A stretch of 64,000 nt of DNA from Cenarchaeum sp. (GTDB taxonomy: Archaea; Thermoproteota; Nitrososphaeria; Nitrososphaerales; Nitrosopumilaceae), in NCBI GenBank assembly GCA_965206845.1, contig OZ242221.1:1248001-1312000 (forward strand), read 5' to 3'. The notes under the pieces are model-generated. The model saw only the letters and a list, made by a program, of their open reading frames with translations, was not told the DNA's origin and ran no database searches. Positions 49,954-59,824 of this stretch are shown here, one piece after another (the first letter of the stretch is position 1; each line of letters begins with the position of its first letter). The position numbers were made by a program, and so were the translations under genes.

Positions 49954-50949
49954 TCACGCCCCTACCGTGGCCTTTAGCTCGTAGGGCGGCCATGTGGCGT
50001 AGATTCCGGCAATCTCCTGCATGTCATCCTCGGGAATGTACCTGCCGTCAGACATCGCGGCAAAGCTTGCAATCTCCTCCTCGCTTACCATGGTGGGGAG
50101 AACCGATGCCATGCCCCTTTTGGATAGGATGAACTTTATTGCAAGCTCGGTGATACTTAGGCCGTTTCTGCGCGCAATGGGCCGCAGCTGCTCTACCTTG
50201 CGCAGTGATGCCCGTACCCACTGGCCCTTCCTGACCGAGCGGTGATCCTTGCTGTCGATCTTGGTGTCTGCCGTGACCTTTCCCGTGAGGATTCCAGATG
50301 CGTCAGGCACGCGCACCAGGACTCCTACGTCCCTTCTTGCGGCCTCCTCTAGAAGCTCGTTTCCCGGGGTCTGCTCCAGTATGTTGTATACCGTCTGCAC
50401 GGCGCTGACGTTTGGCCGGTTCATGGCAGCCAGGCCCTCCGCGGTCCACCCTATGGCGGGGCCCAGAGCCACCTGGAACGCCTTGGCCTTGCTCCTCTTG
50501 GCAATCCCGTCCAGGGTGTCAAATATGGAGTCGTCCGTTATGTGGTTCATCTTTGGATTGTGCAGGCCGTACACGTCGACGTACGTCGTCTGCAGCCGCT
50601 CCAGGCTTGCTTCCAGCGCCCTCTCCGTGAATCCGGCATCAAACCTCTGGGGAAGCTCGCTGTGCCCTACCTGCTGTACCCCGGAAAAGTCATAGCCGTA
50701 CTTTGTTGATATGACTATCTCGTCCCTCATGCCGGCAAAGGCCTCGCCTATCAGCCTCTCGCTCTTTCCCCTGCCGTACATGTCGCCGGTCTCAAAGAAG
50801 TTGATTCCCACGTCATAGGCCTTCTTGAGCATGCGCCGCGCCTCCGCCTCGTCTATGCTCCTGCCCCACCAGTCAAGGGCAATGGTCCACGCGCCAAAAC
50901 CGATCTCAGACACCCGGATGTCACTCTTTCCGAGCCTGTTGTACCTCAA
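49954..50949 (-). CDS. Aldo/keto reductase
   Basis: LGKS-x-x-x-VSEIGFG, GINFFET-x-x-x-YG, TKYG, SL-x-RL-x-T and YNILE motifs; TTG start at 50949. Confidence 0.92.
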   Translation of the reverse strand: MRYNRLGKSDIRVSEIGFGAWTIALDWWGRSIDEAEARRMLKKAYDVGINFFETGDMYGRGKSERLIGEAFAGMRDEIVISTKYGYDFSGVQQVGHSELPQRFDAGFTERALEASLERLQTTYVDVYGLHNPKMNHITDDSIFDTLDGIAKRSKAKAFQVALGPAIGWTAEGLAAMNRPNVSAVQTVYNILEQTPGNELLEEAARRDVGVLVRVPDASGILTGKVTADTKIDSKDHRSVRKGQWVRASLRKVEQLRPIARRNGLSITELAIKFILSKRGMASVLPTMVSEEEIASFAAMSDGRYIPEDDMQEIAGIYATWPPYELKATVGA

Positions 50950-51491
50950 CCCATCACGCTCCTGAACGTGTCCAGCCTGGATGCCATCTGTGACTCGTCC
51001 AGCACGGGCGTGCCATCCACGGCTGCGGCATCCGCATCTATCCAGGATCGGCAGCCCCGGTATGCGGGAATCATGGGTATCTCGACTGCCGGTATGCGGT
51101 ATACCCTGAGGAGCAGCGCCCTGAGGGGCTTCTCTGGCATCCAGCCCCTCCGTTCCCCTATGTAGGAGTCGCTCCATATGTGGAGGCCTGACAGCCCTGA
51201 TATGTCACAGTCCCCGGCGGCATCAAGCTCTGCCACCACATCTGCATATGACGTGATCCTGTTGAAGCCCTCCCGTGGAGCGCCTGATTCTGCACCGTCC
51301 AGGTGGTGCAGGAACCGGGGTTTGATGTGCCTTTGATCCTGATGCTCCCACGTGGGAAAGAGGAGAAACCTGTCGGACTCGGTCCGAAAGCCCGATGCCG
51401 TCTCCATGATGCCGCCCTTGCGGAGTATGACACACTGGTCTCCTGATTCAAGGGCCACTACGACAGCGGCCCACTCCTTTAGGGATTTCAC
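50946..51491 (-). CDS. DUF1802-family protein
   Basis: LKEWA, G-x-Q-x-x-x-LRKGGI-x-E, FPT-x-x-HQ and GCRSWI motifs. Confidence 0.85.
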   Translation of the reverse strand: MKSLKEWAAVVVALESGDQCVILRKGGIMETASGFRTESDRFLLFPTWEHQDQRHIKPRFLHHLDGAESGAPREGFNRITSYADVVAELDAAGDCDISGLSGLHIWSDSYIGERRGWMPEKPLRALLLRVYRIPAVEIPMIPAYRGCRSWIDADAAAVDGTPVLDESQMASRLDTFRSVMG

Positions 51492-51492
51492 G

Positions 51493-52164
51493 CTAACCCA
51501 AGCTGGCAATCAGGGGAATAATATCCTTTTTAGCTCCCACGATCATGGGCGTGTCCTGCTGGACGTATCTGGAGACCTGCGTCTGCCTCATCTCCATGAT
51601 CAGGTTCTGAAAGTCCAGTAGGTTGTCGCACTCAAAGGCCAGCATAAAGTCCTGGTCGTGAATGCCAAACGAGTACGTCGTGTTCAGAACCACCTGCGGG
51701 TACTTTTGGCTCACACCGATGTGCTCGTCCATCATCTTGCGCCTCAGGGACTCGTCCAGTAGGTACCACTCCCGGGTCTTGACAAACGGGTACACGATTA
51801 TGTATTTTTTCGTATCGGCCCCGCTCACAAACGCGGCGGTCGTGCCCTTTTTTGCGTACATCGACGGCCTGGTGCACGAGAGGTATGTCCTTGATGGAGC
51901 GATGTACTTGCCAAAGACCGTCAGGTACAGCTTTGATATGACATCCTGGATCTCCGTTACGTCATTGGAGCAGAACCAGAATAGGAACTCGGCGTCGTCC
52001 CGGATGCCCAGCGTCGAGTATGATCTGAACTTGATCCCGGAGTTGCGTATTACATTGTCCACCTCCCGGGCGGACTCCTCCTTTGCCAGGTCTGCCATCC
52101 ATCTCCACTTGGGATCTATGCGGAAGAACGCAAAGTCAAAGTAGTACGTGTCGTCCTCGGACAT
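51493..52164 (-). CDS. Chlorite dismutase / coproheme decarboxylase-family protein
   Basis: YPF-x-K-x-x-x-WY, M-x-EH and YSFG-x-x-D-x-DF motifs. Confidence 0.85.
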   Translation of the reverse strand: MSEDDTYYFDFAFFRIDPKWRWMADLAKEESAREVDNVIRNSGIKFRSYSTLGIRDDAEFLFWFCSNDVTEIQDVISKLYLTVFGKYIAPSRTYLSCTRPSMYAKKGTTAAFVSGADTKKYIIVYPFVKTREWYLLDESLRRKMMDEHIGVSQKYPQVVLNTTYSFGIHDQDFMLAFECDNLLDFQNLIMEMRQTQVSRYVQQDTPMIVGAKKDIIPLIASLG

Positions 52165-52305
52165 GACGCGCATTCGCCGATGCCCTATTTAAGGGAAATT
52201 ATATACTGCCATTCCCCAAGAAACTGCGAATGGGCAAAAAGACGGTGGCCCCGATCCCCGGCAAGCGGCTAGGATCGGCCTGCGAGGCGCAAGGGATCGC
52301 GCGGC

Positions 52306-53118
52306 ATGGCTGACAAGTCCGGCATAGGGTGGACGGAGGCCACTTGGAACCCCACTACCGGCTGCACCAAGATATCCTCGGGCTGCAAGAACTGCTACGC
52401 CGAGACGCTCTCCAAGAGACTGAAGGCCATGGGGCTCAAGAAGTACAGGAACAACTTCAGGCTCACCCAGCACGCGGACGAGGTGGAGCGCCCCCTGCAC
52501 TGGAAGAAGCCAAAAAAGATCTTTGTAAACAGCATGTCGGACCTGTTCCACGAGAATGTGGAGATGGAGTTTGCCGGAAGGTGCTTCTCTACAATGGTCA
52601 GGGCGGACTGGCACATCTACCAAATCCTGACGAAGCGTCCCCAGAAGATGTCCGAGTTCTCAGACCTGTTCGCCAGATATTTCAAGTTCCCGATTCCCGG
52701 CCACATCTGGATGGGGGTAAGCGTGGAGGACAACGATGCCACATGGAGGATCAGGGAGCTGGAGAAGGTGAAATGCTCCATGCGCTTTGTCAGCTTTGAG
52801 CCGCTACTGGCAGACATCAAGAAGACCGACCTGCGGAAGATCGACTGGGCCATAATCGGCGGAGAGAGCGGCCACCGGTACAGGCACGTAAGGGAGGGGT
52901 GGGTGCAGAACCTGCTAGAGCAGTGCCTCCGACAGAACGTAAGCGTGTTCTTCAAGCAATGGGGCGGACCAAGGCCCCACTCTGGCGGCCGCGTAATAAA
53001 CGGAAGGACATATGACCAGTTTCCAGACACAAAACCCGATAAGACACGTCACGCTGAAAGGGCGGAGCGACTGCGGGAGAGTTCGCCGCTACACGAGTCG
53101 ATTACGCGCATTCCCTAG
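52306..53118 (+). CDS. DUF5131 / phage Gp37-Gp68 family protein (radical-SAM-like three-Cys motif)
   Basis: IGWT-x-x-TWNP-x-x-GC-x6-C-x-x-CYA, NSMSDLFH, LTKRP, SFEPLL, GGESG and FFKQWGG motifs. Confidence 0.92.
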   Translation: MADKSGIGWTEATWNPTTGCTKISSGCKNCYAETLSKRLKAMGLKKYRNNFRLTQHADEVERPLHWKKPKKIFVNSMSDLFHENVEMEFAGRCFSTMVRADWHIYQILTKRPQKMSEFSDLFARYFKFPIPGHIWMGVSVEDNDATWRIRELEKVKCSMRFVSFEPLLADIKKTDLRKIDWAIIGGESGHRYRHVREGWVQNLLEQCLRQNVSVFFKQWGGPRPHSGGRVINGRTYDQFPDTKPDKTRHAERAERLRESSPLHESITRIP

Positions 53119-53373
53119 TCCGAACCGCAGGGATGCCACCGCCCGGCTCCGGGAAGGGCGCATGACTACATGCCATTTGGTATTTTTCCGATTCTGGCAT
53201 CCGTGGGGGGCCTAATGGGTCATGGCATGTGTGGCGCAGGCAACCCAGTGCGGCCGGTCTCTGTACCATCTCCGGTTCGCGCGGCGTGCCTGGCCGGGGA
53301 ACCAGTCACTGCGGTTCTCTGATTAGCCCATGGGGAGCAAAACAGTCGTAGCAAGGATGAAGCGCGTGGTGGT

Positions 53374-54156
53374 TTACAGCCGGCCTATGCGGGCCTCTTC
53401 TAGCACCCAGTCATAGCCCCGGGCCTCTAGCTCGTCTGCCAGGGACGCGTCACCGCTCTTGAGTACCTTGCCCTGGGCGAACACATGCACAAAGTCCAGC
53501 TTGTTGAGGAATCTCAGAATTCTTGCATAGTGGGTGATCACTATTGTGGTCGAGTCCTTGCCGGATACCTCGCTTATCGCCTTGGCCACCGACTGCACCG
53601 CGTCTATGTCCAGACCCGAGTCGGGCTCGTCCAGTATGGATATGTTCGGCCTGAGGACGGCCATCTGGAGCACCTCGGAACGCTTCTTCTCTCCGCCGGA
53701 GAACCCCTCGTTGAGGTACCTTGACAGAAACTCGTCCCTGAGTCCCACCTGGCTCAGGTTCCTCTTGAGGTACTTTTGAAACTCCCTTACCGTGATGAAG
53801 ACCTCCCTGTCCTCGCTCTGTAGTGCCCTGCTAAGCGAGTTGTAGGATGTTCTCAGAAAGTGTGAAAAGCCCACGCCGGAGACCTCGGTGGGGTACTGGA
53901 ATCCCAGAAAGATCCCCTTTCTTGCCCTCTCGTCGGCCTTCATCCCAAGAATGCTTTGGCCATCAAGCAGGACGTCGCCTGATGTGACCTCGTACTTTGG
54001 GTGTGCCAGGAGGGTGTATGCCAAGGTACTCTTGCCAGATCCGTTGGGGCCCATGATTGCGTGAACCTCGCCCGGGCCTGTCTTCAGGTTGACTCCCTTG
54101 AGGATCTCCTTTCCGTCTACCCTCACGTGAAGATCCTTTATCTCCAGCACTGCCAT
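53374..54156 (-). CDS. sufC: Fe-S cluster assembly ATPase SufC
   Basis: GPNGSGKST, FQYP, GFSGGEKKR and LDEPDSGLD motifs. Confidence 0.95.
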   Translation of the reverse strand: MAVLEIKDLHVRVDGKEILKGVNLKTGPGEVHAIMGPNGSGKSTLAYTLLAHPKYEVTSGDVLLDGQSILGMKADERARKGIFLGFQYPTEVSGVGFSHFLRTSYNSLSRALQSEDREVFITVREFQKYLKRNLSQVGLRDEFLSRYLNEGFSGGEKKRSEVLQMAVLRPNISILDEPDSGLDIDAVQSVAKAISEVSGKDSTTIVITHYARILRFLNKLDFVHVFAQGKVLKSGDASLADELEARGYDWVLEEARIGRL

Positions 54157-54231
54157 AACACCCCTGCTTTTTCTCCATAATATAACACAGCCGAATTTTA
54201 GCTATTCCTAATATGGGCGGAAAATGCGGGT

Positions 54232-55185
54232 TCAGCGTCTGGCGTGTGCGGGCTGCAGGACAACGTTGATCTTGTATCTGGTCATAATCTCCCTGCACCG
54301 GTTTCTTATGGTCACCTCGGTAACCCCGGCAATGTTGGATACGTCCCTCTGCAGTATGTTGAGTCCCAGAAGCGTTGACGCAACATACAGGTATGCTGCG
54401 GCGATGCCGTTTGGCGCCTTGCCGTCTGTCATGTTGCTGCCTTTTGTCTTCTCGGCAATCTCCAGTGCCAGGCGCTCGACCCGGACATCGGTCCTTGTAA
54501 GGTTTGCAATCTTGGAGATGTACCTGTCCATGGTGACCACGGGCATGACGCTGTCTGTCTCCATCACTATGGTCCTGTAGTACTTGGCCGCAAGCTTTGT
54601 CTTGGTTCTGACGTCACCTGCGGCACAGATTCCACGGGCTATCTCATCCATGGATCTTACCACATAGCACTGCTTACAGGCAATGTAGATGACCGCAATG
54701 GATATGCTTGTCACGGACTTGCCCTTAACGTCGATCTTGCCGTCCAGATTCCTGTACGTCATGGCGGATGTCTCGCGCACATTCTTTGGAAGCCCGAGGC
54801 TCTGGCATGCCTCGCCGATCTTTGTGAGCACGTTTGCCAGTCTTCTGTCCCGGGGATTGGATACCCGGATACGCTGCTGCCACTTGCGCATGCTGTGCAT
54901 CTGGCTTGCAACATTGGATGTGATCGTCTTGCCGCTGTAGTCCTTTTTACTGATGGATATCTCCGTTGAGATTCCAAGATCATGCTGGGAGTACGTCGTC
55001 TGTCCGGTGGCTCGTGCGACCCTCATGCGCTCCTCCATGTCGGTGCTCATCGACTCGGGGCCGCAGTCTGCCATCTGTTCTGCCACCACCATGCCGCAGC
55101 CCGAGCATATGATCTCACCGTTCGGTATGTCGTCTACCAGGGAGGATCTGCATTCCGGGCAGCACTGCGCCCCCCTAATCCTCAT
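54232..55185 (-). CDS. tfb: Transcription initiation factor IIB
   Basis: Zn ribbon CPEC…C-x-x-CG, cyclin folds, GK-x-P-x-x-x-AAA and GVTEVTIRNR motifs. Confidence 0.93.
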   Translation of the reverse strand: MRIRGAQCCPECRSSLVDDIPNGEIICSGCGMVVAEQMADCGPESMSTDMEERMRVARATGQTTYSQHDLGISTEISISKKDYSGKTITSNVASQMHSMRKWQQRIRVSNPRDRRLANVLTKIGEACQSLGLPKNVRETSAMTYRNLDGKIDVKGKSVTSISIAVIYIACKQCYVVRSMDEIARGICAAGDVRTKTKLAAKYYRTIVMETDSVMPVVTMDRYISKIANLTRTDVRVERLALEIAEKTKGSNMTDGKAPNGIAAAYLYVASTLLGLNILQRDVSNIAGVTEVTIRNRCREIMTRYKINVVLQPAHARR

Positions 55186-55433
55186 CTTCTTCTCCTCCTT
55201 TCGGACTCGGCCCCTAGCGCGAAGAGCTTCTTTCCGACAATGTTTCTCAAGTTGTTGGTAAGCGGTCTGGCTGATGCGTAGGGTCTGGTCAGGGGGCCTA
55301 TGAGCTCCATGACCTTTGCTATCTTTGTCCCGCTTCTGTCACAGAGTATGTGGCCCTCGTCGGCATCACCATTCAGCTGAATTATGATTCTACCACTGCC
55401 AGCCACATGAAGTACCTCGCCAACTTCATGCAT
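55182..55433 (-). CDS. gar1: H/ACA RNP component Gar1-like protein
   Basis: G-x-V-x-H…KV-x-x-x-IGP-x-x-x-PY; position between srp19 and tfb. Confidence 0.8.
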   Translation of the reverse strand: MHEVGEVLHVAGSGRIIIQLNGDADEGHILCDRSGTKIAKVMELIGPLTRPYASARPLTNNLRNIVGKKLFALGAESERRRRR

Positions 55434-55493
55434 ACAGGATTAAGCGAACTACCTATTATCATAGATTTCTATCAAACTTTTTCCATCAACAAG

Positions 55494-55814
55494 CTAGATT
55501 TGACTCTTCTTTGTCTTCTTGTGGCGCTTTGCCACCAGTCTCCGGGATATGCTGCCTAGCGCCTTGGTCTTGTGGGATGTCTTTGGCAGCACCACGTACC
55601 CGGATCTGACGTATGGTCTCCGTGGGAACCTTACTTGATCCTTGGATTCGACAACCTTTAGATCTGCCTCCACTGTGGCGTCTGTCAGCTCCTTCATGGT
55701 GGGCTCAAAGATGCATTTTTCCCGGGGCAGGCGCCTCCCCTTTGCCTTGGTCAGATTCTTGTTAAAGTAGTCCAGCCAGATTACGATGTGATCGTAATCC
55801 TTCATCGCCATCAC
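55494..55814 (-). CDS. srp19: Signal recognition particle protein SRP19
   Basis: IW-x-x-YF…GRR-x-P and FPR motifs. Confidence 0.88.
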   Translation of the reverse strand: MMAMKDYDHIVIWLDYFNKNLTKAKGRRLPREKCIFEPTMKELTDATVEADLKVVESKDQVRFPRRPYVRSGYVVLPKTSHKTKALGSISRRLVAKRHKKTKKSQI

Positions 55815-56191
55815 TCTATGAGTACTGCGGCGACGCTACCGTTCTGGCCTGGCCTGGAGACGATCCTGCATCTGCCTTCCTGCGTCTCTAAGATCGCACC
55901 CTTTGTAATTATTCCACGCCTCTTGTAGTCGTTGTTCGTGGGGTTGTCAAGCACCTTGAGTATCTTGGTCTTTCTTACCTTCTCGCCGGGTACGGCCAGA
56001 TTCACAAAGTCTACCGTCTTGAGCGCCGTCTTTGATCCCCTTCCTCGAACCTTTCTTGTTATGGTCTCTTGGGCCCCGATCCTCGCCTCGTTGGGATACC
56101 TGTCGATCTCGTACTTTCTTCTGATCCGCAACGGGTGCCTCCTGCCGCCGGTCAGCTTGCTGGTGGCCAGATTCTCTACGGACTTTCTCAC
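55811..56191 (-). CDS. rps8e: 30S ribosomal protein eS8
   Basis: K-x-TGG, IITKGAI-x-x-T and SRPGQNG motifs. Confidence 0.94.
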   Translation of the reverse strand: MRKSVENLATSKLTGGRRHPLRIRRKYEIDRYPNEARIGAQETITRKVRGRGSKTALKTVDFVNLAVPGEKVRKTKILKVLDNPTNNDYKRRGIITKGAILETQEGRCRIVSRPGQNGSVAAVLIE

Positions 56192-56326
56192 AAGATGCCT
56201 CTCCGATACTCTAATTTATACAAAACGAAGCTGCACCGACGTGCCGCCATCTGCCATACCTGACCGGGCATGGAGACACGGATGTGCAAGAACCATATCC
56301 GGACTAGCGGAACCCGTACCTGCTCC

Positions 56327-56896
56327 CTACGCCGTGGGGGCAGCCTGATCGACCTTTCTTACCTTTTTGAAGAGCCTCTCCTTCACGGCGCTGGTGTCCC
56401 CCTGGATGCCAAAGTATTTCTGGAACTTTTCTGTGGTCGAATATATCTTGAACCTCCCGACGTTCTCGTGCCTGATAAAGTCCAGCTGCCTTAGCTCCTT
56501 GAAATGAGCATAGACGCCGGTGCCCCGGGCCTCTACCAGATCCTTTGATGAGACCGGCTGCATGTATGCTATGTACGACAGGGTCTTGAGGGTGGCTTTT
56601 GGCAGGATGGGCTTTGAGGCGTACCTGCGGATGTACTGGCTGTACTCTGGCTTGAGCTGAAAGACGTAAGATCCGTCGGGGAGCGTGGTTATCTCTAGTG
56701 CGGTGAATGCGGTTCTCATGTTCTTGACTATCTTCTGGAGCAGATCTGCGGTCCTGGTTCGGGACTCGGTTCCGGATGCCCGCATTATCTCCTCGATCTT
56801 GAGGGGCCTCCCTGCGGAGTAGAGCGCCGCCTCGATGCGCGCCGTTGCCTCCGCGTCTGATGCCGTTCTGGCCATGTCTGGGATTGGCGGTTCCAT
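56327..56896 (-). CDS. scpB: SMC-Scp complex subunit ScpB
   Basis: IEAALY, L-x-T-L-x-x-IAY-x-QP, RG and Y-x-TT-x-x-F-x-x-YFG motifs. Confidence 0.9.
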   Translation of the reverse strand: MEPPIPDMARTASDAEATARIEAALYSAGRPLKIEEIMRASGTESRTRTADLLQKIVKNMRTAFTALEITTLPDGSYVFQLKPEYSQYIRRYASKPILPKATLKTLSYIAYMQPVSSKDLVEARGTGVYAHFKELRQLDFIRHENVGRFKIYSTTEKFQKYFGIQGDTSAVKERLFKKVRKVDQAAPTA

Positions 56897-57061
56897 TTAA
56901 AAAAGAACTTCTTGTCCAACTTTGACTGCATTGTGAATCTATGTTGCGTGCCCGTGCGGAGTCGTCCCTGCCCCTATTCCGCGTGGCCTGCGCACACGGA
57001 TCCTTGCGCCTGTCTGGCATTGTAAAAACAATTTATAATGAACGGGGGGCCTCTGGCATGG

Positions 57062-57135
57062 GGGCCCGTAACTCAGCTTGGTAGAGTAACCGACTCATAA
57101 TCGGTGAGCCAAGGGATCGAAGCCCTTCGGGCCCA
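57062..57135 (+). tRNA. tRNA with CAT anticodon, most likely tRNA-Ile2(CAT)
   Basis: Acceptor stem GGGCCCG/CGGGCCC-A; anticodon arm ACCGA-CT-CAT-AA-TCGGT; Ile-type acceptor stem; TTTATAA box about 28 nt upstream; no encoded CCA. Confidence 0.88.
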
Positions 57136-57444
57136 CTCTCATCACCGCCTCTCCAACATCAGGGGCCGTGCCGCACCGCCGGTACCGTGCCCCATGCCGA
57201 TCAGTTTTAAAGACAGGCGCCCGGCACCATACCTTGCCGCAATGAAGAATCAGAGTTATGGCTGATGGGTGATGTGAAGGCATTTGACTGAGCGGTTTTT
57301 TTGCGTCGTTTATGCCCGGCCGCAGCTGTTGCAGGCATGCCCTGCGCGATCCCCCCCACCCTGCAGGACAGGCGCGTCCCAAAGGCGAGGCATGGCCACA
57401 TTCAGAAGCGCTGGATTTATTTGAGTTTGCGGCGTGGCATACCC

Positions 57445-58527
57445 ATGCCCGAGATCTGGATTAACTACGGCATGCACGATGTGGTCTTGGACGTGAGGGC
57501 TGAGAACTTGGAACAGAACATCGGCTCCGGCGGCCAGGTGATGGATGATGCCGCAGTATCTGAGAGGCTAGCGGCTCTGGACACGTCCAAGCCCACGGAG
57601 CTCGTGATGCTACACTACTCCAAGGCAGTTCAAAAGGCGACCTTGGCGCTCTTTGCGGAGTGTGAACAAAAGTCGCACCCGATTCCACGAGTCTTGGCCG
57701 ATGCCAGAATAATGAGCCTCATCCGGTCATCCCTCCCCGAGGGAAGCTCTGTGCTGCCCTTTGAGACAGATGGCTTGGACGGCCAGAACCTGGTATTTGT
57801 CGCCGAGATGGAGCTTGACGGGCTGTTCGGCTACGATACGATTGCCACCCGGCTCCTGCGAAGGTTTGGGGTGGACGGCATGCTCGCTGCATACACAAAG
57901 CGCAAGGGAGACGCCCCGGTGCCAGGACAGGACACCGACAGCATCCGCGAGGCGGCCGCATTTGCAGACCGCTTTGAGATACAGGGGATAGAGATAGTGG
58001 CAAACTCGGATGGCATCGTGGATATGCAGGTGGACCACCCCTCAAAGACGATGGCGCTCACCGGGGCCTTTGGATCTGCGGCATCGCGGGACGCGGGAAG
58101 GCACAAGTCCGTAATCATAAGCACAGGAAAGGGCTCCAGCAACGACACGCTGTCCCGATCCCTCTCCTCGCTGTGGAGCTGCAGCTCCGCCGTAAAGAGT
58201 GGCGGACTGGCAATCCTGATGGCCGAGTGCGGCGGCGGAGTCGGCTCCACAGCCATCCGGCAGCAGATCGAGGACCGGCTCAGGACAAACTCGCTGCGGA
58301 ACCCCGCAAGGTACATAGACGGAATGGAGAACCTGCTGTTCCTCTCCGAGGTGGGCCGGAACCTCAGGATCGGCATTGTGTCAACGCTTCCAGAGTTTTA
58401 CGTAAAGCGGCTGGGCATGATACCCCTCGGCAGCGCAAAGCATGCGCTGCAGTATATCCTCAAGAACCAGGGCCCGCGCCAGAAGGTTCTGGTTGCCTCT
58501 GACGGGGCACGCACGCTGCTACGGTAG
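57445..58527 (+). CDS. Conserved protein with LarA/DUF2088-like C-terminal domain
   Basis: V-x-x-GG-x-x-IL-x-AEC-x-x-G-x-G motif resembling the LarA C-terminus; ATG at 57445. Confidence 0.55.
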   Translation: MPEIWINYGMHDVVLDVRAENLEQNIGSGGQVMDDAAVSERLAALDTSKPTELVMLHYSKAVQKATLALFAECEQKSHPIPRVLADARIMSLIRSSLPEGSSVLPFETDGLDGQNLVFVAEMELDGLFGYDTIATRLLRRFGVDGMLAAYTKRKGDAPVPGQDTDSIREAAAFADRFEIQGIEIVANSDGIVDMQVDHPSKTMALTGAFGSAASRDAGRHKSVIISTGKGSSNDTLSRSLSSLWSCSSAVKSGGLAILMAECGGGVGSTAIRQQIEDRLRTNSLRNPARYIDGMENLLFLSEVGRNLRIGIVSTLPEFYVKRLGMIPLGSAKHALQYILKNQGPRQKVLVASDGARTLLR

Positions 58528-59619
58528 GAGAGAGGCCGGTAGCGGCGCGCAGAGTACGGCCAGCACGACTATTGCCGCATATGCGTACTTGCGGCTGCGC
58601 GGCAGGGGCGAGACATCGTCCATTATGGGCGCGCTGGTATTTCTGGAGCTCAAAACCAGGATCATAAACCCCATGATCCAAAAGTTCAGCGGCCAGATCA
58701 GGATGCCTATGCTGCCATACGTGGTGATCCTGTGCCATTTCAGGCCCAGGAGGGTTCTTGCCATGTGGCCGCCGTCAAGCTGCCAGGCGGGCAGCATGTT
58801 CAGGAATGTGATGAGGAAGCCAAACCACGCCGCAAAGAGCAGCGGCGTCATCAGCACCTCGGATCCGGGGCCGCCCTTGCCAAATATGTTGAATGCCGCG
58901 GTCATCAGCAGTGGCTCACCAAGATCCCAGGAAACCAGGCTCCTGTCTCCGTACAGCCGGTCTGCCATCTCCATGGGGATCACGGGCGCGGTGTACGCGC
59001 CGTACATGGTGACGATAACTGTGATGACCAGCCCCGCCACCGGGCCGGCAATTGCCACGTCAAAGAGGATCTCCCGGTTTATGGTAATCCCTCTGACCTG
59101 AAATATGACCGCTCCAAACGTGGGAATGCCGCCTATGGGGATTCCGGGAATAAAGTACGGCCATGTTGCCTTGAGCCTGTGATACTTGGCTACCGCCATG
59201 TGGCCCAGCTCGTGCACGCCTAGGATGCCCAGCAGCGCCAAGGTAAAGATGCCTGCCATCTCGAGTGGTTCGCCGATATAGATGACGCTGTTTGCCTCAA
59301 GTGTCCTGTAGTAGCCGTTTATCATCACAAACGCCACCACTATCCCAAACAGCGCCCTGGGAATCCATGAGGAGGACAGTATCCTTCTGTTCTTTCTGGG
59401 CGGCAGGCGGCTGACGATTATGTAGATGCCGTCGTGCCCGTTTACCATCCTGGCAACAAGATCCATGGCGTACATCTCATGCGCCAGGGCGACAAACTTC
59501 TCCTTGTGGTCTCCATCTTCCACCTGGATCCTGACTCTCTCGAGGGTTCTCTCCACGCCGGTTACCTCAAACCGCGCCGATACCATGGATATGATCCTCT
59601 CTGAAGTGGGCTCGCTCAA
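58519..59619 (-). CDS. Site-2 protease (M50) family intramembrane metalloprotease
   Basis: HELGH, AGP and N-x-LP-x-x-x-LDGG motifs; multiple TM helices. Confidence 0.92.
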   Translation of the reverse strand: MSEPTSERIISMVSARFEVTGVERTLERVRIQVEDGDHKEKFVALAHEMYAMDLVARMVNGHDGIYIIVSRLPPRKNRRILSSSWIPRALFGIVVAFVMINGYYRTLEANSVIYIGEPLEMAGIFTLALLGILGVHELGHMAVAKYHRLKATWPYFIPGIPIGGIPTFGAVIFQVRGITINREILFDVAIAGPVAGLVITVIVTMYGAYTAPVIPMEMADRLYGDRSLVSWDLGEPLLMTAAFNIFGKGGPGSEVLMTPLLFAAWFGFLITFLNMLPAWQLDGGHMARTLLGLKWHRITTYGSIGILIWPLNFWIMGFMILVLSSRNTSAPIMDDVSPLPRSRKYAYAAIVVLAVLCAPLPASLLP

Positions 59620-59824
59620 TGTGTCTTCAGTACTCCTACATGCTCAGTACATTAGAGTTTATGCGCAGTGGGCCGCCTGGGAGGGACCGAGCAGGTGGGG
59701 ACTGCCCCAGTCTGCTCCACAGGCAAGGCACAAGAAACAGGTGCTGGTGGGATCGCAGGAGCGCCAGAAAGAGGCATTGGCCGTATTGACTAATGTATAT
59801 AATTCCCAAGTTCTTACCCAAGTC

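Noticed and set aside
53374-54156. sufC without adjacent sufB/sufD
   Set aside because: The partners are probably elsewhere in the genome; nothing in the window indicates loss.
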